A DNA stretch of 62,853 nt, filler included, from Stramenopiles sp. TOSAG23-2 (Eukaryota), in assembly GCA_900128395.1 (NCBI GenBank). It is 8 parts of 8 records of this genome, joined end to end, with 100 filler letters (N's around TTAATTAATTAA, not from the genome) between each part and the next. Parts side by side here need not be neighbours in the genome. Positions count along the whole stretch, not along the records: positions 46,589 to 58,108 come from LT649923.1; positions 58,209 to 59,691 come from LT652816.1; positions 59,792 to 61,273 come from LT652817.1; positions 61,374 to 62,853 come from LT652818.1; 4 more parts are not named here. One strand, written 5' to 3'. Of the stretch, positions 56,606 to 62,853 are shown one piece after another. The stretch's first letter is position 1. Every line of letters begins with the position of its first letter. The notes below the pieces were generated by a model that saw only the letters and a list, made by a program, of their open reading frames with translations, had not been told where the DNA came from and did no database searches. A program made the translations under genes and the position numbers.

Positions 56606-58108
56606 ATGTCAACCACTACACCAATACAAACATTTCGATATGTAAACAAACCAGTTCAAGAGGCCGGTGTTGTGTACAGATATTTAGATAGGCCTTCAAC
56701 ACGTTTATCACATGGGCACGTTGCTAAGATTAATAAACCATATCATAGTCATCAACAATTGTTAATACATGATGATAGTGAAAATGCAATATCATCTGCG
56801 ATTATGAAAGCTGCAACTGAGTTTGATTTTTTACAAGAACGATTGCCAAATACCCAAACAATTACTTGGACAAAATTTAAGCGTCCTCCTCCAAAAAATA
56901 AGCAAACTACGATAGAGTTACGAAAACAACAACTTGATAGTTTGTATAGAAAAAGGGCAGTATTGTCTGAAATATCATGCTACGTAATGGAAAATGAGGA
57001 TACAATGAAAGATCTATTTAAGCATTTAAATCGAAATGAATTTGGTTGTATTGATATTAGAGAAATTCATGGTTTTTTATGTGCTACAAAAGCATTGAAT
57101 GTTTCGCCTAAAGAGCTAAAAAAAGCAATGATTTCAATAGAAGCCATTTCTCCTATTAAAACTTTGTCCATGTTTTCCAAAGCAATCAGCAAATCACAAT
57201 TACGTCTGTTAAAACTAGATCCGGTTGCATCGCATTATAAATCAAGGCAAAAGCTTAGGCCAGTAACTGCACCGCGTGAGAGGCGAAATGTGAATACAAA
57301 AAATAGTCCAGATAATGACACAATCGATGAAACTATTTTAAACAAAGCAAAATCGTTAAACTTAACTGAAATAACAAATAATAATAATAATGATATCAGT
57401 AGGAAAAGTAAAGTCACTAATAGAAGTAAACGAAGCAAGAACAGCAAGAATGGTAGTAAATTAGAGATTGAAAAAGATCCCTCAACAGTCGGTGTATGGG
57501 AAAGAAGGGCACAGCCATTTCTTGGTAAATTTACAAAACCAGCCATGGCATTTGCGTTTGTATATAAAGAAAAAGATAAATTAAGTAATGATCAAAAAAA
57601 TACTTATAATGATAATAGTAATGACACAGATCATCATAACAAGGCACATCTATCGGATTATGTAGTGACAGAAGATGCAACACCTGCTGTATTTGTAGCT
57701 AAAAAATTCTCTGCGCGATTAAAAAAGAAAGCATTAGCAATGCATGATGAAAAGAAAATTTTAGGATATTTAGAAGAATGGATGGATAGTAAATATTTAC
57801 GTATAAGAGATGCGTTTATGCGTATTGATACAGATGGTAGTGGAGAACTTGATATAAGTGAATTTGAAGATCTATGCATATCCATGGGACTTTCTTTATC
57901 AAAAGCTGAGTTAAAATGGGTATTTGGACGTATAGATACAGATAAATCCGGTGAAATAAGTTTCCAAGAATTTGACGATCACATACGTCTGCAACGAAAA
58001 AAATTAGCTATCTTACGAAATGATAAACGAGTTGGTGGGGAGAAAGGTGATCGTACACTTTATGCAAAACGAGATAGAGATGGACCAACAGGAACAGTGA
58101 TTGATTTT
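56606..58108 (+). CDS. EF-hand protein, 3'-truncated at the scaffold end
   Basis: DTDGSGELDISEF and DTDKSGEISFQEF loops, plus the degenerate NRNEFGCIDIREI. Confidence 0.8.
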
Positions 58109-58210
58109 NNNNNNNNNNNNNNNNNNNNNNNNNNNNNNNNNNNNNNNNNNNNTTAATTAATTAANNNNNNNNNNNNNNNNNNNNNNNNNNNNNNNNNNNN
58201 NNNNNNNNCA

Positions 58211-59089
58211 AGTGTTGAATGTTTTGCCTGTGGTTTAAATCAATTTGATTATATGGTAGTGGATGATGACCAACAAAAAGCGGAAGTTAAAATTTGTCGT
58301 AAAACATGTCAATCAATATTCGATGACTGTAAAGATGATGATGGATTTCGAGACAAGGAAGGGATGAAACCTGATAATGCAAATCAAGTATGTGCATATA
58401 TTGACCAATTAGATGATGATGATATTGAAATAAAAATAACTGATTCTATTGATCATTGTTTTTTATATGACAATGATGGTCCAAAAATTGTTTCAACATC
58501 GCCATGGACTGGTAATCATGAAGTTAGTGCAGCAACGGAAGAATTTAGCGTTGTCTTGGATGAACCTGTTGCATTTGGAAAAAGTGGTAAAATAAGATTG
58601 TATGATGGAAATGGGAAAGAAATTTCAGTATTGGATATCGTTGAAGATTCAGAGAATATTAAATTAGTAAAAACGAAAGAAGAGGATGATACTATTGAAA
58701 TCAAATTTGCAAATCATATGGATGATAATAATAATAATAAAAAAAATTGTATATTAAAGGCACAAAATAGTAAATATTTTATTGATATTGACGAAGGTTC
58801 ATTTATTGATCGTAATAATAATTCATTTGCTGGCATACATGGACGGGCATGGGAATTTCAAACCGAAGGAGTTGATAAATGCCCGTTTAGACATTCAGTA
58901 GATGTTGGGTTGATAATTGGCTTATCCTTACTTGGTGTCTTTCTGATTGGAATCATTACCTTTGTCGTGATATATTATCGTCGTCGTGTACGGGAGACAC
59001 AACGTAAATATACTACTGTAAATGATACATTATCATTAAATGTTTTTAATGGTGATGTCATCATTCCTGATTTAGATGGTAAGATATAG
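58211..59089 (+). CDS. Type I membrane protein (5'-truncated): Cys-rich folate-receptor-like module + Big_5/SbsA Ig-like domain + transmembrane helix
   Basis: VECFAC...ICRKTCQSIFDDCKD; DNDGPKIVSTSP...VLDEPV...YFIDIDEGSFID...FAGI...WEFQT; TM IIGLSLLGVFLIGIITFVVIYY followed by RRR. Confidence 0.65.
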   Translation, partial: SVECFACGLNQFDYMVVDDDQQKAEVKICRKTCQSIFDDCKDDDGFRDKEGMKPDNANQVCAYIDQLDDDDIEIKITDSIDHCFLYDNDGPKIVSTSPWTGNHEVSAATEEFSVVLDEPVAFGKSGKIRLYDGNGKEISVLDIVEDSENIKLVKTKEEDDTIEIKFANHMDDNNNNKKNCILKAQNSKYFIDIDEGSFIDRNNNSFAGIHGRAWEFQTEGVDKCPFRHSVDVGLIIGLSLLGVFLIGIITFVVIYYRRRVRETQRKYTTVNDTLSLNVFNGDVIIPDLDGKI

Positions 59090-59259
59090 TGTGTATATAT
59101 ATAATATACGTATATACGAAGTAATATATAAGTAAATATACTACTGTAAATGATACATTATCATTAAATGTTTTTAATGGTGATGGCATCATTCCTGATT
59201 TAGATGGTAAGATATAGTGTGTATATATATAATATACGTATATACGAAGTAATATATAA
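59004..59259. repeat. 128-bp tandem duplication of the CDS end and 3' UTR
   Basis: Units start at 59004 and 59132; one visible substitution (gatgtcatc vs gatggcatc). Confidence 0.92.
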
Positions 59260-60062
59260 AATCTTTTAATATAATAAAAATAAAATAAAATATATTAAAA
59301 AATTTAAAAAAATATACGAACAAGAGATACCGTGGTGTATTTTATTCTTTATTATTCGAATTGCATACCAGCATACTGGCATACCAGCATACTTATGCCT
59401 CTCTTTCTCTTTCTGCTCTGCTGCTGCTAGACTACCACCAGTGTGGTAGACCTAATACATGTACCAGGTGGGATAGCTCAGCTAGTTGCGTACTCATTTT
59501 CAGCAGCACCTTCCCAAGCTGGCCACCACTACTGCAAATCTTTTTTTTTGATATATATATCGATATACAAGTAAAATATAAAATAGGATATTATAGAAAA
59601 TATACGCATACCAGCATAGTAGGTATAACATAAAGTATTGAAACAAAACAAAGAAACAATCAATATTCAAATTCGATTCATATATATCTTANNNNNNNNN
59701 NNNNNNNNNNNNNNNNNNNNNNNNNNNNNNNNNNNTTAATTAATTAANNNNNNNNNNNNNNNNNNNNNNNNNNNNNNNNNNNNNNNNNNNNGAACGCAAA
59801 CAAAGATTTATATATATATACATATTGTAAACAACAAAGAAAACAAGAGAGTCAAGAACGAAAGAAATTTATAACAACAACAACCGTTTGATATTGATCA
59901 TATATATAATTAGTTATTTAGTTTAGTATAACATTTTATATATTATTTTAAAAGGCAACATAATATACATATACAAAACATGGGAAATCAAATAAATTTA
60001 CAAATTTCTAGTAATGCAGATCATGCAGATGCATTGGCAGGATATCGTGGGTCGTACTACTA

Positions 60063-60617
60063 TTAAACACCACCGTGCTGGTAATGGGCATTACCAATGT
60101 TTCCGTATGCTCCACCCTCACCACCTTTATCACCTAATTGTAATGCAATTTCTAAATGTTTATGATGATATTTCAATGCATCTTGATAATTTCCAAGATC
60201 GTTATGGGCTTTACCAATGTTGCAGTATGCTCTACCCTCACCACCTTTATCACCTAATTGTAATGCAATTTCTAACTGTTTATGAAGATATTTCAATGCA
60301 TCTTGATAATTTCCAAGACTGTTATGGGCTACACCAATGTTTCCGTATGCTCCACCCTCACCACCTTTATCACCTAATTGTAATGCAATTTCTAAATGTT
60401 TATGATGATATTTCAATGCATCTTGATAATTTCCAAGACGGATATGGGCAATACCAATGTTGGAGTATGCCAAACCCTCCCTAGATGTATTCCCTGTTTC
60501 TTGAGCATACGATAAAAAAATCGTAAAATCTTTTAAAGCACCTTTATAATCACCTTGTCGATATTTCACCTGTGCATTTTTATACAATGCCTTCGCTTCT
60601 TCTTCCGTTAACGACAT
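60063..60617 (-). CDS. TPR-repeat protein (TTC28/TPR_12-like 40-aa repeats)
   Basis: Three near-identical 120-bp units encoding LGNYQDALKYHHKHLEIALQLGDKGGEG.AY.NIG.AH. Confidence 0.88.
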   Translation of the reverse strand: MSLTEEEAKALYKNAQVKYRQGDYKGALKDFTIFLSYAQETGNTSREGLAYSNIGIAHIRLGNYQDALKYHHKHLEIALQLGDKGGEGGAYGNIGVAHNSLGNYQDALKYLHKQLEIALQLGDKGGEGRAYCNIGKAHNDLGNYQDALKYHHKHLEIALQLGDKGGEGGAYGNIGNAHYQHGGV

Positions 60618-60656
60618 GTTTCTTTTATACTAATCATACAATATATCTATATATCC

Positions 60657-60733
60657 CACACACATCCACACACATCTACATCTACACATCTATCTACACA
60701 CATCTATACACATCTACACACATCTACACACAT
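60657..60733 (+). repeat. (CACATCTA)-type degenerate microsatellite upstream of the TPR gene
   Basis: About 7 variable units visible directly. Confidence 0.8.
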
Positions 60734-61373
60734 AAACAAATGGTAAAACAGATTTAATCATTTAATCTTACAATACCATACACACAACACCACATAACAT
60801 TGCCCCTTCACGGCGTGGCCAAAACATTCAAATTTAGACATAGGAGTTTTGGTGTACTTCCACTGGAAAACTAGTAGTCTTTTATGGTTTTTCATTTATT
60901 TTCAATGCTATCCTGTAGGGGGTAGGGTGTGGTCGAATCTTGTACTTTATGTAGAGTAATTACTACTGATTATCTATATAATACGATGTAATGCTATGTC
61001 ATGCTACTGGAAATAGTGAGACCCATTTTCCAATAGTGTATCGATACATTCGATAAAATTAATATATTTTTTTGAAGTTTAGGTGCGTTATCCACAATTT
61101 TCATTGTGATGTTATTAATGTATATTTATTACTAATTACAAGTATGAATGAATGAATCGATAATTGGAAGTAGAAATTATAGAAAATATAAAAGATATAT
61201 ATATATATACTATATCATACAACATATCAACAACAACAACATGGCATCATTAACTATTAACCCAGCACTTTGCNNNNNNNNNNNNNNNNNNNNNNNNNNN
61301 NNNNNNNNNNNNNNNNNTTAATTAATTAANNNNNNNNNNNNNNNNNNNNNNNNNNNNNNNNNNNNNNNNNNNN

Positions 61374-62035
61374 TGATTTTTCTTCTTTTTGCCGTAGACA
61401 ACCTTTTTTTTCTTACCTCCAGTGTTTACAAAGGCATCTGCACTAATCATACCAGAATCAATCATTCGTTGACGGGCAGCAGCTGCTTTTGCTTCCCGTT
61501 CTTTTTCTGCCTTCGATTTAATTAAACCTTTTGCTTTCAACTCTTTTTGCCTTTCCTTTTTCAACCTACGTTTTTCTTTTTTAGCATCTTCAATAGCTTG
61601 CAATCTTTCCTCCTCCTCACGTATTAAACGCTCTTCCTCTTCCTTTGCTTTTCTCATCGCTTCTTCTTCTGCTTTTTGACGTGCTTGTTGTTCTTGAATT
61701 TTCTTTGCCATCGCACTTACTGGCTTTTTAGCATTGCCACCACCACCACCACCTTTTTTACCTTTCTTTTTTTTCTTTTTTTTATTACCGCCGCCACCAC
61801 CACCACCGCCAGTATCGCCTAAAAATGCAGCAGCTGCTGCAGCAGCTTTCTGTTCAGGTGTTTGTTCAGTATTTGAAGGTGGTTTAACATCGCCATTAGT
61901 TTGTGGTGCGGGCGGCGCATCGACGTTATTGTTGTTTCCACCCCTTTTACCTTTTTTACCTTTCTTTTTCTTTTTTTTATTTCCACCACCTCCTCCAGTG
62001 TCACCAAGAAATGCTAATGCAGCAGCTTCTGCCAT
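61374..62035 (-). CDS. Probable eIF5B N-terminal charged region, 3'-truncated
   Basis: KKKKGKK tracts, E/K/R-rich helix, ELKAKGLIKSKAEKEREAKAAAARQRM...KKKKVVYGKKKK as in eIF5B N-termini; the GTPase domain is not in the window. Confidence 0.65.
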
Positions 62036-62853
62036 GTTATTATAATTTTTTTTTAAATTAAAGAAATCTTGTTAATATATATAATGTCACCGCTTCAACG
62101 AGTGACTACTTGACATAGAATTTTGTCTTAAAAATAAGTATATATGTGTTTATATATATATGTATCTATATATGTATTATGTAAAATGTGTATGATTTTG
62201 ATAATTATGTATATATATTTATATCGATACACAGTAAATGCAGATAGAGATGTATAATATATTTTCATCATACATAGTGAGTGTATTTATTATTATTACA
62301 ACAAGGTATCGGATGTCTTTTCTTCTTCATCTTATTTTTGAAAATAATAATAGCGTTGCAATACCATCATTACCATCCAGGTATAATAATAAAATTGAGG
62401 AAGCCAAATAAATGGCCACAAATTATGCCTCTCCCCGAGTGGCGTAAGAATATACACAGCACTACATCAGTACCAAGGTAATACCATTGATTATTAGATG
62501 ACATTAACTTTTCTGGTTTTCAGTGATAATACAATACGACTGTATTATATTAATTAAAAATTAGTATTTTAAGAAACACACACCACCCCACGTATCTTCT
62601 TAGGACCTATATATATATATAATATTATATGCGCATATAACATATATAGTATAGAACTCACGCATTGTATAAACAACAGACTGCTTTACAAATATGTATG
62701 AATTTTCATAATATCGACACGCCCTCTAATATATATATATATATCTTTATAACATCTTTTTCTCAATATTAAAATCATATTTTTCTGATCTAGACCTGAA
62801 GTCTAAAAAATTTTTTGGATGGATAATTGCATATTTATAAAAATCTGGAACAT

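Noticed and set aside
11568-61373. TTAATTAATTAA flanked by Ns, seven times, as a biological repeat
   Set aside because: It is a constant 100-bp six-frame-stop linker used to concatenate scaffolds, so gene neighbourhoods across linkers carry no meaning.
1-62853. rRNA, tRNA, transposase or reverse-transcriptase genes
   Set aside because: None recognisable by eye; a tRNAscan or Rfam search would be needed to exclude small RNAs.

Overview
This is not one contiguous locus. It is eight independent scaffolds of an AT-rich, intron-poor eukaryotic nuclear genome, joined by seven artificial 100-bp linkers (44N-TTAATTAATTAA-44N). The scaffolds are 1-11567, 11668-23220, 23321-34866, 34967-46488, 46589-58108, 58209-59691, 59792-61273 and 61374-62853. 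Histone sequences, GT-AG introns, poly-Asn tracts and cilium/centriole genes suggest a flagellated protist, probably an uncultured stramenopile from a single-cell or metagenome assembly (inference). Recognisable genes: NudC (two copies), a CCDC78-like protein with a kinesin-like head, divergent H2B/H2A, a trypsin-like protease, an RCC1-repeat protein, a DUF3556 membrane protein, PDAP1/PP28+SAP, a SAM methyltransferase, EF-hand proteins, PCH2/TRIP13, NDUFS7, an NDR kinase, frameshifted VPS8 and Sfi1-like genes, a tandem-SET protein, LLC1/CIMIP1, a TBL/PC-esterase-like protein, a TPR protein and the eIF5B N-terminus. Most interesting: (1) a single-chain Translin-TRAX (C3PO) fusion transcribed head-to-head with an ALKBH1 + RNA-repair HAD phosphatase fusion, a candidate RNA/tRNA cut-and-repair module; (2) a double-SET methyltransferase with a signal peptide and KDEL-like tail; (3) three apparent pseudoenzymes (PHD/EGLN-like, kinesin-like, TBL-like); (4) an actinobacterial-type DUF3556 gene; (5) candidate cis-elements (TACCWGGTA upstream of genes, TACG/CGTA in 3' flanks). 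Many local duplications, one inversion and several frameshifts look like amplification or assembly artefacts. All family calls come from motif recognition by eye, not database searches.
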